Shown here piece by piece: positions 20,056-28,797 of a DNA stretch of 40,078 bases. Position 1 is the first letter of the stretch. Each line of letters begins with the position of its first letter. The DNA lies in the IMG/VR virus record IMGVR_UViG_2671181094_000008, positions 1-40,078 of that record; one strand, 5' to 3'. The notes below the pieces were generated by a model. The model worked only from the letters and a program-made list of their open reading frames with translations. It was not told the origin of the DNA and did no database searches. This DNA is from a virus. Taxonomy: Duplodnaviria > Heunggongvirae > Uroviricota > Caudoviricetes. A program made the position numbers and the translations under genes.

Positions 20056-20572
20056 TCAGCACCTCTGTCATCCTGTCCGCCGGCACGCCCAGATCAGCAG
20101 CCATTAATGGTGCCACTCTTGACGGCCAGTTAAGCCAGGCGTCACGCTGTTGGCGAAAGGCGTTGAAAAGAACCTCCTCGGCGGCAGCCATCTCAATGAG
20201 TTGGCCATCTTTTTGCTGAAACTCTAATTTTGTCAGTAACGCCAGGTAGTTTTCCTTTACCCGGCGCGCTTCATCCAGCGATAACTCAGCGCCGTTTTCA
20301 AGGAGGAAATCCCGCGCAAGCCCCTCCAGTGACGAGTCACTTTCTTCCGGCGGCTCCCGCGCAGGCAACAGCCGGTCAGCTTTCTTTTTTTCTGGCGCAG
20401 ACGTTTTCTGTTTATCGGGTCGGTTAACGCTTTTCCTGTACTTTTCGAGTTGTGCATTTGAAGCGACAACATCGATATCATCGCCGGACATGATCAGCCA
20501 TCCCCGGCTTTTCCACATCGTAACGGTCTTGCGGCTAACGCCATGTAACCGTGCAAAATCTGACTGGTTCAT
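19991..20572 (-). CDS. Terminase small subunit (Nu1-like)
   Basis: 193 aa with N-terminal HTH-like segment MNQSDFARLHGVSRKTVTMWKSRGWL; 3' end overlaps the large-subunit start. Confidence 0.75.
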   Translation of the reverse strand: MNQSDFARLHGVSRKTVTMWKSRGWLIMSGDDIDVVASNAQLEKYRKSVNRPDKQKTSAPEKKKADRLLPAREPPEESDSSLEGLARDFLLENGAELSLDEARRVKENYLALLTKLEFQQKDGQLIEMAAAEEVLFNAFRQQRDAWLNWPSRVAPLMAADLGVPADRMTEVLIEHVHKHISVLGEPEFNPAED

Positions 20573-20823
20573 TGTTACCTCACCGGCAGTCTGATCTGTT
20601 ACCTGACACTGTTACCCAACCAGAAGAGGTAACATCGAGGGTAACGGCCAATTGATGGGAATATTTTTGTAATCAAGAACAAAGCTCAATACGTAACAAA
20701 ACGTAACTGTTACCTGTTACCTAAATTTGAAAATTTGTAGCTAGGAAAACACTGCGGCGCGCAATGCCCGTGCCTTACAAAAGTCTCAGGAAGGACCCAA
20801 ACCCTATGGGGTAGGTATTCAGG
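20573..20823. promoter_or_regulatory. Putative cos / terminase-binding region
   Basis: Non-coding AT-rich gap directly upstream of the small terminase gene, with clustered GTTACC/GGTAAC motifs in both orientations. cosN itself is not identified. Confidence 0.4.
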
Positions 20824-21462
20824 TCATTTTGCCGTTCGAATCGCTTCCTCAATCGCCCTACTCAGCGCGCCGGGCATTAAGCCGGCTGCCATTGACCGTG
20901 AGCGGTTCATGTAGTCAAGCGTAGGCGTAACAGGTAGAGCATCACCAAACCTCACCAGCAGCTTAGGAGCACGCTGTTTCCGCTTTGGTCTGCGCGTACC
21001 ATTCGCTGAGCGCCGGGCTCGTTTCTTTTTCGCCTTCTTCGGTTTACGCCTCTGCCAGACAGCATCAACACCATTGACCTCACCTACGAACACATTCGGC
21101 TTCGCTTTCAACTGCGACAGCTTATTTCGCGGCATGTTGCCGTATTTGTTCAGTTTGATGTTCTTTGGATTGAGCAGCGCCTGGCTGTTCAGTTTATGTT
21201 CACCACCAAATTCAAAGGGTTCGAGATATTCAGCGGCGACATCGCGCACAAAGACTTTTGCGCGGAGGTTGTTCTTTCTGGCGCCAGCAGCGCCCACTGA
21301 GTTGACGGTGAACGGCGTCGGCGATTCCAGTTTTCGTCCCAGCGCCACTTTTTGCGCTGCGGCGATATCCCTTACTACCGATGTCATGGCTTGCGCCGTG
21401 GCGAAAGGGATTTGCTTCTGCAGCTGCTTTAGCTGCCGGGATAAATCCTTAAGCGTTGACAT
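20824..21462 (-). CDS. Hypothetical basic protein between lysis cassette and cos
   Basis: Start MSTLKD preceded by GGAGGA at 5-nt spacing; contains a K/R-rich tract RRKPKKAKKKRARR. Confidence 0.5.
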   Translation of the reverse strand: MSTLKDLSRQLKQLQKQIPFATAQAMTSVVRDIAAAQKVALGRKLESPTPFTVNSVGAAGARKNNLRAKVFVRDVAAEYLEPFEFGGEHKLNSQALLNPKNIKLNKYGNMPRNKLSQLKAKPNVFVGEVNGVDAVWQRRKPKKAKKKRARRSANGTRRPKRKQRAPKLLVRFGDALPVTPTLDYMNRSRSMAAGLMPGALSRAIEEAIRTAK

Positions 21463-21512
21463 GGTTTCCTCCAACATTATCGAGCCACCTCTGGAAGTGG
21501 CTCTGTAATGCC

Positions 21513-21980
21513 TTACTTCAGGCATTGCGTGGTGATGTATTCCTGCAGGGCTCTCAGGGCTGTTTGGTCGCTGAGGATTCCGGATCGGATACCGAGAACG
21601 TTTCGTCCAGCAACTGCAGAGAGTTCGACGGTGGCATCATCGCCCATGCTGGAGGCGCCGGTGGTTTGGGTTGAGGCTGACACTGGACATTTGCCTTTGA
21701 CGAGCACCCGACCACCATTATCAAGCTTGCGCTGCAGAGCATCATTTTCAGCTTTTGCATCGGCTAATTCCTTCGTGTATTTGGCATCGAGCGCTGCGAC
21801 GTCTCTCTGACGGGTCTGCATGTCAGCGATGGTGTCTTTCGCCAGGCTGAGCTGCTCAGTCACTTTATCGCGCTGCCTTTTGAACTCGGTGGCGTTGTCA
21901 TGGTAGTGGCTAGCCAACCATCCGAGACTGACTATCAGGCAGATCACAATGGCGCTGATAATGGTGGTTAATCGGCTCAT
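21513..21980 (-). CDS. Rz-like i-spanin
   Basis: N-terminal transmembrane segment then a periplasmic coiled coil; start MSRLTT chosen right after the endolysin stop; harbours an embedded ORF in another frame. Confidence 0.75.
   Translation of the reverse strand: MSRLTTIISAIVICLIVSLGWLASHYHDNATEFKRQRDKVTEQLSLAKDTIADMQTRQRDVAALDAKYTKELADAKAENDALQRKLDNGGRVLVKGKCPVSASTQTTGASSMGDDATVELSAVAGRNVLGIRSGILSDQTALRALQEYITTQCLK
21554..21760 (-). CDS. Rz1-like o-spanin, embedded within Rz
   Basis: Lipoprotein-like N-terminus with lipobox-like MVVGC followed by a proline-rich periplasmic region; entirely inside Rz in a different frame. Confidence 0.7.
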   Translation of the reverse strand: MQKLKMMLCSASLIMVVGCSSKANVQCQPQPKPPAPPAWAMMPPSNSLQLLDETFSVSDPESSATKQP

Positions 21981-22480
21981 TTCTGCCCCCACAAACAAAC
22001 TTCACGCTCAATCTCGCGGCGAGTTACCAGGCCTTTCCACTGCTTGCCCTTGGCGTAAGTCCAGCGGCGCAGCTGGTCGCACGCACCTTTCTGGTCGCCC
22101 TGGTTGATTTTGCGCAGCAGCGTGGAGGTCTGGAAGTTTCCAGCGCCGACGTTATACGCGAATGAGTACAGAGCCCCGCGCATTGTTTCGGGGATCGGCT
22201 TCTGGATGTAAGGGTTAATCTGGCGGGCGACGGTGTTCAGGTCTTTACTGAGCAGCGCACGGCATTCAGCCTCGGTGTACTTCTTGCCGAGCATGATGTC
22301 TTTGCCAGTGTGGCCATAACAGACAGTCCATACGCCTACCACATCCTGATAGGGATCGTACCGCACACCTTCAAGACCATCATTACCAGTTGGCCCAGTG
22401 ATGAGCGCAGAAGCAATGGCTATGGCGCCACCGCCGACGGCAGCGATAACGCTATTCCTCAGTTTTGGTGTCATAGCCAT
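21977..22480 (-). CDS. SAR endolysin (lysozyme, phage 21 R-like)
   Basis: Gly/Ala-rich weakly hydrophobic N-terminus [18 protein letters not shown] followed by a lysozyme-like E...D...T segment ([16 protein letters not shown]); strongly resembles phage 21 R as I recall it. Confidence 0.8.
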   Translation of the reverse strand: MAMTPKLRNSVIAAVGGGAIAIASALITGPTGNDGLEGVRYDPYQDVVGVWTVCYGHTGKDIMLGKKYTEAECRALLSKDLNTVARQINPYIQKPIPETMRGALYSFAYNVGAGNFQTSTLLRKINQGDQKGACDQLRRWTYAKGKQWKGLVTRREIEREVCLWGQK

Positions 22481-22721
22481 TGAGCCGATCCTCGCGTTCT
22501 TTCCGCCGGTAGTACCAGTTCACCCCACAGGTGGTAATGGTGCAGGCGATACCGACAATAATTGCCCAGTCACTCAGGGTCATCCCCGCTATTTTGTCGG
22601 CCAAAATCCATACCTCTGCCTTAACTGCCCCGGCATACGCCTTTGCTGAGACACCGCAGCCCGTCAGTGCGGTCCCGGTGCCGTATGAAAGTCTGCTGTA
22701 AATGGTGCTCATTTTTGTCAT
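22452..22721 (-). CDS. Holin with dual-start motif (pinholin-like topology)
   Basis: Begins MTKM (two Met codons separated by a Lys); a weakly hydrophobic first TMD and strongly hydrophobic second TMD; directly upstream of the SAR endolysin. Confidence 0.65.
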   Translation of the reverse strand: MTKMSTIYSRLSYGTGTALTGCGVSAKAYAGAVKAEVWILADKIAGMTLSDWAIIVGIACTITTCGVNWYYRRKEREDRLNGYDTKTEE

Positions 22722-22929
22722 AACCTCACCTCCGTTGATGACGGATGGCGCTGTGCGTAAAGGGGAAAAGAGGCCCAGACCCTGCGGGCTGATTTATCAA
22801 CAAAGCACGTCGGGGATGATTCCCGAGGGTCTGGGCATGCTCAATAAAAAAATCCCGCTCAAGGCGGGAAGAAATACCAAGGGTAAAAGCGACGGCGCGG
22901 TAGCCGTAATGGTCCCAAGGTAGAGGGAT

Positions 22930-23004
22930 TGGAGCATCTGGCGGGGATCGAACCCGCATTTTCTGGTTGGAAGCCAGATGTAATTACCAAACTACGACAG
23001 ATGC
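22930..23004 (-). tRNA. Phage-encoded tRNA, anticodon UCC by manual folding (tRNA-Gly-like)
   Basis: 75-nt cloverleaf: acceptor GCATCTG/CAGATGC, D-loop with GG, anticodon stem TCTGG/CCAGA, loop CTTCCAA, T-arm GCGGG-TTCGATC-CCCGC, discriminator T and encoded CCA. Confidence 0.7.
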
Positions 23005-23194
23005 AATCTGGTTCAGGGCTCTGCGCGGAAGGGTTTTGACGTGTCGTGCAGCACGTCTCTACCCAAGAGCCCTGACCGGATCGCAGGCATAAAAAAGCCC
23101 CGGCGGATTGCCGAGGCTAATTTTACAAACTGGTATATGACTATCATCTTCATGCCGCCACTTAAAGTTAAGGCAGCATATCAAAGTAGACTCA

Positions 23195-23223
23195 AATATG
23201 ACGTATTTAATTGACTTTTGCAA
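23195..23223 (-). promoter_or_regulatory. Candidate late promoter (pR'-like) at the 3' end of the Q gene
   Basis: On the minus strand TTGCAA, 17-nt spacer, CATATT; overlaps the Q stop region and points toward the tRNA and lysis genes. Confidence 0.3.
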
Positions 23224-23896
23224 GACCCTGCTGCGAAAAAGTCGCTTTTTGTTGTGATCGTGTTCTCACAGCACAGAGAAGAGAGTCGCTATCAAGCCGC
23301 TTAAAAATGGCGCACATAGCCCGCCAGTAATCAGCGTAGTTATGGCACCAGTTATCAGGCTTAACGCCACACAGGGCTGCAAGGTCCTGGTGCTGATATA
23401 CATACTTACCCGCCAGCTCTGCTTTCACGTCCTGTGCCGCCAGCCATATCAGTTTCTTCAGCCGCTCCATCGTCTTGCCGGCCACTTTCTTAGCGCCGAG
23501 TTGATCACGGAATTCTTCCCATGCCCACTGTGTTATCGCTACCTGATACTCAAAGCGGATATTGTCGCTGTAGTTCCACAGCAACCAGGATTTCTGGTGG
23601 TCTTCCAGCGACAGGAGGGCGCGGCGCCAGCTGGCTGTCGAGTATTCAACGGGCAGAACGAGAGCGATTGAGGAACCCTTAGCGCGGCACTGGCTGCCGC
23701 TCATCGGCGGTCCATCCGGGTTAACCATTTTTTGCTTCACCTCGCTATACACCTTCTTCCGGCCACGGCTGCGCGCCGTAGCGGTAAATTGCGCGTTCTC
23801 TGCAAAAGCTACCAGTTGCCCTTTCGTCGCACCACTCAGATCGGCGGTGGCCACTATCAGCTGCTGGCGAACAAATTCCAAGTATTGAGCTGTCAT
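23207..23896 (-). CDS. Antitermination protein Q-like
   Basis: 229 aa, located between the nin-like region and the tRNA/lysis cassette as in lambdoid phages. Confidence 0.65.
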   Translation of the reverse strand: MTAQYLEFVRQQLIVATADLSGATKGQLVAFAENAQFTATARSRGRKKVYSEVKQKMVNPDGPPMSGSQCRAKGSSIALVLPVEYSTASWRRALLSLEDHQKSWLLWNYSDNIRFEYQVAITQWAWEEFRDQLGAKKVAGKTMERLKKLIWLAAQDVKAELAGKYVYQHQDLAALCGVKPDNWCHNYADYWRAMCAIFKRLDSDSLLCAVRTRSQQKATFSQQGLAKVN

Positions 23897-24029
23897 GCTG
23901 CTTCTCCCAGGCGCTTATAGATACGGACGAAATTGCGTAATATTTTGTAGTCGACCAGCACGGTGCCGCGGCTACGCAGGAGGCGAAGCTTTTGCCAGCG
24001 GTCGCGGATGCGTTCGATAACGTCACGGC
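23892..24029 (-). CDS. Small basic protein, possibly NinH-like (absent from the ORF track)
   Basis: 45-aa [49 protein letters not shown]; its start abuts the RusA stop and its stop overlaps the Q start (ATGA). Confidence 0.35.
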
Positions 24030-24392
24030 TCATGCGGACTCCATTTCGGTAATGGTTAGCTCAAGCCGCCCACCTTTGACGACAGGCATTCTCTTCACGC
24101 TGTAGTAGTCAACCTGCTGGTCATCGAGCCAGAAACCCGATTTCGTCAGGGCGTCGAATGCTGCCTTTTGCAGATTGTCCAGGTCACGGCGCCGGCGATC
24201 CGGCATGTGACACTCAATACGGATTTTCAATGGCGTGGCCAGGCCGATATCAAGCATCGAGTCTTTGATGATTCTGGCGACGCTGTCGCGGTATGCCTGC
24301 CCTTCCGCGCTGATGTGTGTGCGTCCCCGGTTGTGCCGGTAGTAGCGGTTGTTGCTTGGCGGCCAGGGTAATGAAATGCGATATTGGTTCAT
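24030..24392 (-). CDS. rusA: Holliday junction resolvase RusA
   Basis: Near-identical to E. coli RusA as I recall it ([21 protein letters not shown]..., ...[29 protein letters not shown]...); start [12 protein letters not shown] overlaps the upstream stop. Confidence 0.9.
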   Translation of the reverse strand: MNQYRISLPWPPSNNRYYRHNRGRTHISAEGQAYRDSVARIIKDSMLDIGLATPLKIRIECHMPDRRRRDLDNLQKAAFDALTKSGFWLDDQQVDYYSVKRMPVVKGGRLELTITEMESA

Positions 24393-24679
24393 GCTTTTAT
24401 CAACCCCTCTTTCATCCAGATAACCTGCGTTCTGGCCATTCCCTCCAGCGCGCACTCCTTCGCATACTCCGCATCTACCAGGCGCGTGCGGCGGTCTATT
24501 TCATCGTGACAGGATGAACAGGCGATAGCGGCGAGCAGATCAGGCGGCTTAATCCCCGTCCCGCACAATCCAGCAATGCGGATATGGGCCAATACCGTGG
24601 TTTCAGGGTTGCCGTTGCAGACGCCCGGGATGCGAACCTGGCATTCACGACCGCGAGCTGCTTTACGAAGATTGGCCAT
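24389..24679 (-). CDS. DUF1364-like putative zinc-binding phage protein
   Basis: Start [32 protein letters not shown]; cysteine-containing motifs. Confidence 0.45.
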   Translation of the reverse strand: MANLRKAARGRECQVRIPGVCNGNPETTVLAHIRIAGLCGTGIKPPDLLAAIACSSCHDEIDRRTRLVDAEYAKECALEGMARTQVIWMKEGLIKA

Positions 24680-24681
24680 GC

Positions 24682-24891
24682 TCACCCCCATATACGTTGA
24701 CGAAGTGATCGCGGAGTATGCTCCGGGCGAACACAAACCGGCAGCCGGGCGCTGACCGTCCAACTCAGATAATCCGCGTTAAGGCTTTTCTCTGTGACAA
24801 TGCCTCGCGCCTGATATCTGGACACTAACTGTTCGGCCTGCTCGGTTGTGCAGTCGGGATGCTGGAACCATGAGTATTTCATCGCCATCAC
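24682..24891 (-). CDS. Hypothetical protein
   Basis: 69-aa ORF tightly packed between neighbouring genes. Confidence 0.3.
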   Translation of the reverse strand: MMAMKYSWFQHPDCTTEQAEQLVSRYQARGIVTEKSLNADYLSWTVSARLPVCVRPEHTPRSLRQRIWG

Positions 24892-25484
24892 CCCGCAAAG
24901 CTCAGCAGCTGACTGGCGGCGTTTTCAGCCTCAGCCGGCGAGTGGAACTTGCGACGCAGAATGTAGTTCCAAAGCACATTCAGCACTGATTTGTAGACGC
25001 CGTTAAACTGGCTGTCGTCCATGCTGGCGAAGGAGATCGACTTTGCGACACGACGACGGCTACCGTCAGGCATCTGGTATTCGTCGTAAAAGCCAGCCTG
25101 AATGGTTGCCCACTCGCGGAAGGATTCGAAGTGTTTCAGCAGCGCTATATCGCGGGAACGAGAAATACCGACCGAAGAGAGATACATCTCCGCGGCGTTC
25201 TGGAGCGCAGCGCGCTGATCGAAGTCGGATGAAAGGAAGTCGATAAACCCGGATATGAGGTTGCGCTCCGCGGGCTCAATGAGACCACCGGAAGGCGTCC
25301 AATAGTGATACCCGAGAGTCAGAAGCTTGAAAAACTTCTTGTGGAATGCGTAATTTCTGGGCTTGCGGAACTCACCGCAAAGCAGCTGCCCTACCGGGAT
25401 AAGTTGCAGGTATTCGCTGGTTCCCGGCTCTGCGGGAATCAGTACGTTTTGATAACTCTTCTCAAATTGCAGTGTTTGCGCCAT
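24888..25484 (-). CDS. DUF1367-like phage protein
   Basis: 198 aa; common nin-region protein of lambdoid prophages as I recall. Confidence 0.5.
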   Translation of the reverse strand: MAQTLQFEKSYQNVLIPAEPGTSEYLQLIPVGQLLCGEFRKPRNYAFHKKFFKLLTLGYHYWTPSGGLIEPAERNLISGFIDFLSSDFDQRAALQNAAEMYLSSVGISRSRDIALLKHFESFREWATIQAGFYDEYQMPDGSRRRVAKSISFASMDDSQFNGVYKSVLNVLWNYILRRKFHSPAEAENAASQLLSFAG

Positions 25485-25574
25485 GTGTCCCCACTTGGCG
25501 CCGGGGTAAAGTTGTCAGTTGTCCAGACTGACCAAGTAATTATGGATGGCTGATGCTTATAAATCAATGGACAA

Positions 25575-25853
25575 CTAATGGGTAAATTCCTTGGGAACAG
25601 GAGATATACCAGATAGAGAAATTAAATCAGGCAACTCATTGCCATGTAAAGTTCGCCCAACACCAACCGCGTAGACTTTGCCATCTACTGGAATCAAATG
25701 AACATCATATGAACGATTGAATTGTGCGTTTGGCGGCCGATGACTACTGCCTACTGATGATTCAAAAATAGTCAACCTGCTTTTTAATTCTGTATCTTCA
25801 TGGATTTCTCCATCACGCCCGTATCCTACTAGCAAATATTGAATTTTATTCAT
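25575..25853 (-). CDS. Hypothetical protein, AT-rich moron
   Basis: Start MNKIQYLLVGYGRDGEIHED chosen just after the upstream stop; local GC clearly below the backbone. Confidence 0.4.
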   Translation of the reverse strand: MNKIQYLLVGYGRDGEIHEDTELKSRLTIFESSVGSSHRPPNAQFNRSYDVHLIPVDGKVYAVGVGRTLHGNELPDLISLSGISPVPKEFTH

Positions 25854-25872
25854 TTCACCCTCGATTAATCGG

Positions 25873-26130
25873 CTATTTCTTAGAGTTCTGCTCGGCCATT
25901 TCAATATAGCGCGGATCGGATGCCTTGGGGAGTTGGATGCTCTGCTCGCGGTAGTAGCGGACGCGCTCCATGAAATACTCACGTAGATGCTCAGGTTGTT
26001 CTCTGGCTACCACTTCGGCGACAACTGGCATGTTCAGGCGCTCTTTGTAGGCGACGCCGGACGCTGCCAGGTCGACGTTGACCTTGTCTCGCTCTTCCTG
26101 GCTTTTGGCTGCAATGTTGTATTTTGACAT
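25873..26130 (-). CDS. Hypothetical protein
   Basis: 85-aa ORF, start overlapping the upstream gene's stop. Confidence 0.4.
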   Translation of the reverse strand: MSKYNIAAKSQEERDKVNVDLAASGVAYKERLNMPVVAEVVAREQPEHLREYFMERVRYYREQSIQLPKASDPRYIEMAEQNSKK

Positions 26131-26417
26131 TAATCTGCGGTCCTCCCACGCCAGCGCTTATTGCTATCAGGAATACGGGCTGTATCCACGGACTCCACAA
26201 CCCCTTCACCAAACCGAATTGCATTGGCTATATCCAGTGATTCTTTGGCGCTTTTTGCGGCAGAATTAAAACCCCTTCTACCTTTAGACTTGAACTTACT
26301 GATACGCAATTGAGCCGCCAAATGAGCTTTTGCCTCTGTTCGGTTAGTTGGCTTTATTTTTACCAGTTCAACATCTAATTGATACTGCTGTTTGGAAGAG
26401 AGTTTCTTCTTTTTCAT
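26130..26417 (-). CDS. Hypothetical basic protein
   Basis: 95-aa ORF with K-rich N-terminus. Confidence 0.4.
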   Translation of the reverse strand: MKKKKLSSKQQYQLDVELVKIKPTNRTEAKAHLAAQLRISKFKSKGRRGFNSAAKSAKESLDIANAIRFGEGVVESVDTARIPDSNKRWRGRTAD

Positions 26418-26436
26418 TTGATGTCACTCTTGAGAG

Positions 26437-26462
26437 AGTTTTTGTCATCATAAACGAAAAGG
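26437..26462 (-). terminator. Rho-independent terminator
   Basis: GGCCC-TTTT-GGGCC hairpin followed by TTTTCGTTT on the minus strand. Confidence 0.55.
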
Positions 26463-26589
26463 CCCAAAAGGGCCTTGATTAAAGTCTATGTAAAGCGTTG
26501 TGTCCTACGCGAGCTTTATGCATCACCAACACCCCATAGCTCCCAAGCCGATGAATGCGATAGTGAGATAAATTTTCAGCGCTCTGCCA

Positions 26590-26958
26590 TCACTCAGCCT
26601 CCACCTTGATGCCAGCGGCGGCCAGCGCCGCGTTAACTTCTGCCTCGGGGTATGCGTATATTGCGCAGTGCGCCGCAGTGAACTCTCGGCGATGCAAAAC
26701 GCTAATAGGCTTCGGCAGCTTCACGGTGCGGGACTCCAATGACGACAAAAGCGCTTTAATTTCTCCTTGCTGAAATGCAATCGTCTCCTGCGCCTTCTCC
26801 AGCGCCTCTACCAGCGCGATGACATTGTTTGGGTTAGCCAGGGCGTAAAATTTCTCCGCCGCCGCACGGCCTTTCGAATACCGGGCGATAATGGCGAGCT
26901 CTTTGGCATCGATCGCTGCCGCTTTCAGGCTCTGCGCCAGTTCGGTGATATCAGTCAT
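26590..26958 (-). CDS. ead/Ea22-like protein
   Basis: N-terminus MTDITELAQSLKAAAIDAKELAI... resembles the ead/Ea22 family. Confidence 0.5.
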   Translation of the reverse strand: MTDITELAQSLKAAAIDAKELAIIARYSKGRAAAEKFYALANPNNVIALVEALEKAQETIAFQQGEIKALLSSLESRTVKLPKPISVLHRREFTAAHCAIYAYPEAEVNAALAAAGIKVEAE

Positions 26959-27214
26959 TGGCCTTTCCCTCGCTGCGGAACATCATGATTGTCAGGTCGC
27001 CTTTAGTGGCCAGGCGAACGGTAGAGCCAGGTTCCAGGCTGTTAAGCTCAAAGGCGTCATAAAACTCATTCACAGCTTTCTGGCGGCGAGATTCCTTACG
27101 ACGCTTGTCCCACTGCCTCAGAGCATTTTTGGTAATCCACTGGCCTGTTTTAACCATGATGTATGCCCATCCAAGAATGGCTAAACCGGTATTGAGATAA
27201 GTAGCGATGCTCAT
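26951..27214 (-). CDS. Hypothetical small membrane protein
   Basis: Start MSIATYLNTGLAILGWAYIMV with one predicted TM helix. Confidence 0.4.
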   Translation of the reverse strand: MSIATYLNTGLAILGWAYIMVKTGQWITKNALRQWDKRRKESRRQKAVNEFYDAFELNSLEPGSTVRLATKGDLTIMMFRSEGKAND

Positions 27215-27657
27215 TTCCCGGCCCCCTCGCGCAGCGAGTCTGCCAGCCACTGCAAATTCATGATCTGCACGCCGATATTGCTGAACTTTTTATCCAGGTG
27301 AGCGATGGCCTTCTCAACTCCGCGCGCCTCGGCTTCGGCCATGATGCGATCGGTGGCGGGGGTTTCGATATTGTTGAGAGCGTCAGTAAACCCGCCCCTT
27401 TCCATGCCAAGTTCGGCTTCATAGTCGGCATCAAATGCAGCGTTTTTGCAGAAATTCTTCAGCGCCACATTCTCCGCAGCCAGCTGAGCATTTTGGTCTG
27501 CCAGCATATTCCCGGTTTTTATGGCGGCATCCAGTGAAGCGCTGCAAATGCGGAACTCTTTCGCCAGCTTCAGGAACTTCTGTTCTCTGATCGACGGCTC
27601 GCCTGCGCTCTCAAGGGAGGCGATGAGCTCGTTTACTGCCTGTAATGTGATAGTCAT
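27211..27657 (-). CDS. Hypothetical protein
   Basis: Start MTITLQAVNELIASLES chosen after the upstream stop. Confidence 0.4.
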   Translation of the reverse strand: MTITLQAVNELIASLESAGEPSIREQKFLKLAKEFRICSASLDAAIKTGNMLADQNAQLAAENVALKNFCKNAAFDADYEAELGMERGGFTDALNNIETPATDRIMAEAEARGVEKAIAHLDKKFSNIGVQIMNLQWLADSLREGAGK

Positions 27658-27947
27658 GCTGATGTTCTCCCGTAAACAGCCAGTACCCGTTTCATCGCCG
27701 GGCTTTGCCGACACTCGTTGAAAATCTGATTGGTGCTCTTCCTGCCTGAAATTTCTTCTTCAGTGGCCAGCCGGTAGTAAACCGTCCGCCACACCCGAGC
27801 TTCCGCTACCAGTACCCCCTGCTTTGCCAGGATATTGGCAGCCTGGTTGATGCAGGTATGCGTCATCCCGGAAGCCGCGGCGACATCTGGAGAGCTGCAG
27901 GTTTTATGCGTTTTCAGGTAGTTCAGAATTGCGTCTTTTCCTGTCAT
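27654..27947 (-). CDS. Hypothetical protein, possible winged-helix DNA-binding
   Basis: 97 aa, overlaps both neighbours. Confidence 0.35.
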   Translation of the reverse strand: MTGKDAILNYLKTHKTCSSPDVAAASGMTHTCINQAANILAKQGVLVAEARVWRTVYYRLATEEEISGRKSTNQIFNECRQSPAMKRVLAVYGRTSA

Positions 27948-28795
27948 GACCGGTTCTCCCGATAGCTGTCCCAGGTAAACGAAATCGTGCAGCCGCCGCC
28001 GTCGTTCATGCGGTCGATGACGCGCTCGCCGATAAACTGCGTCAGCTCATCCTTCGGCAGGTTGCTGATCAGGATCGTCGGCTTCAGGCGCTCGTAGCGG
28101 GTGTTGATGATTTCAAACATGATCATCTTCTCGGCTTCGCTGCCAAACTGCACACCAACCTCATCGACAATCAGAAGGTCTGGCTTCGTGAAGTAGCGGA
28201 TCACCTCATCCTCAGTGCGCGTGGCTGTTTTTGACCAGGTCGATTTAAACTCCCGGGCAATCTTCAGCGCCGTCGTGAAAATGACTGAGCTTTGGTGGTG
28301 CTCAATCACATGACGGGCAATGGCCAGCGCAAGGTGGTTTTTACCGGTACCAGGCTTGCCACACATAACCAACCCACCGCCCTGCTGGAGGCGATCAGTC
28401 CATTTCGATGCGTAGGCCTGGCAGACCCGTAATGCTCGCTCAGAATCCTTCCCAACAGGCTTGTAGCTGTCCAGAGTGCACGTGGAGAATCGCTCTGGTA
28501 TGTCCAGCTGGCGAAGCAGCCTTTCTGCAGTTTGCTGGCGAACTCGCTTATCCCAGCGAACCTTTTCATCCTTCAGAAAATTCAGTTCGTCTTGCAGGCA
28601 GCCCGGGCAGCGTGTCGGCGGTGATGGCAGATTGATGATGCTGCTGGTCAGGATCCGCTTACGCTGCTCATACTCGCCATGCTTTTCGCAACAGACGCGC
28701 TCGATAACCACCTCGCAATTCGGGATGTCTTCCGGTGGCTTACTCAGCTGATCAAGCATCCGCTCAATGGCAGTGATTTTTTCTTCCAGTTCCAT
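27944..28795 (-). CDS. DnaC-like replicative helicase loader (IstB-like AAA+ ATPase)
   Basis: Walker A GKPGTGKNHLA and Walker B LLIVDEVG; directly downstream of the O-like initiator. Confidence 0.8.
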   Translation of the reverse strand: MELEEKITAIERMLDQLSKPPEDIPNCEVVIERVCCEKHGEYEQRKRILTSSIINLPSPPTRCPGCLQDELNFLKDEKVRWDKRVRQQTAERLLRQLDIPERFSTCTLDSYKPVGKDSERALRVCQAYASKWTDRLQQGGGLVMCGKPGTGKNHLALAIARHVIEHHQSSVIFTTALKIAREFKSTWSKTATRTEDEVIRYFTKPDLLIVDEVGVQFGSEAEKMIMFEIINTRYERLKPTILISNLPKDELTQFIGERVIDRMNDGGGCTISFTWDSYRENRS

Positions 28796-28797
28796 GA

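Noticed and set aside
22726-22959. 77-aa minus-strand ORF between holin and tRNA
   Set aside because: Overlaps the tRNA gene and the leader region and has an implausible composition; likely non-coding.
23011-23077. Possible second tRNA next to the identified tRNA
   Set aside because: No T-loop or anticodon-arm geometry could be fitted; treated as a stem-loop element instead.
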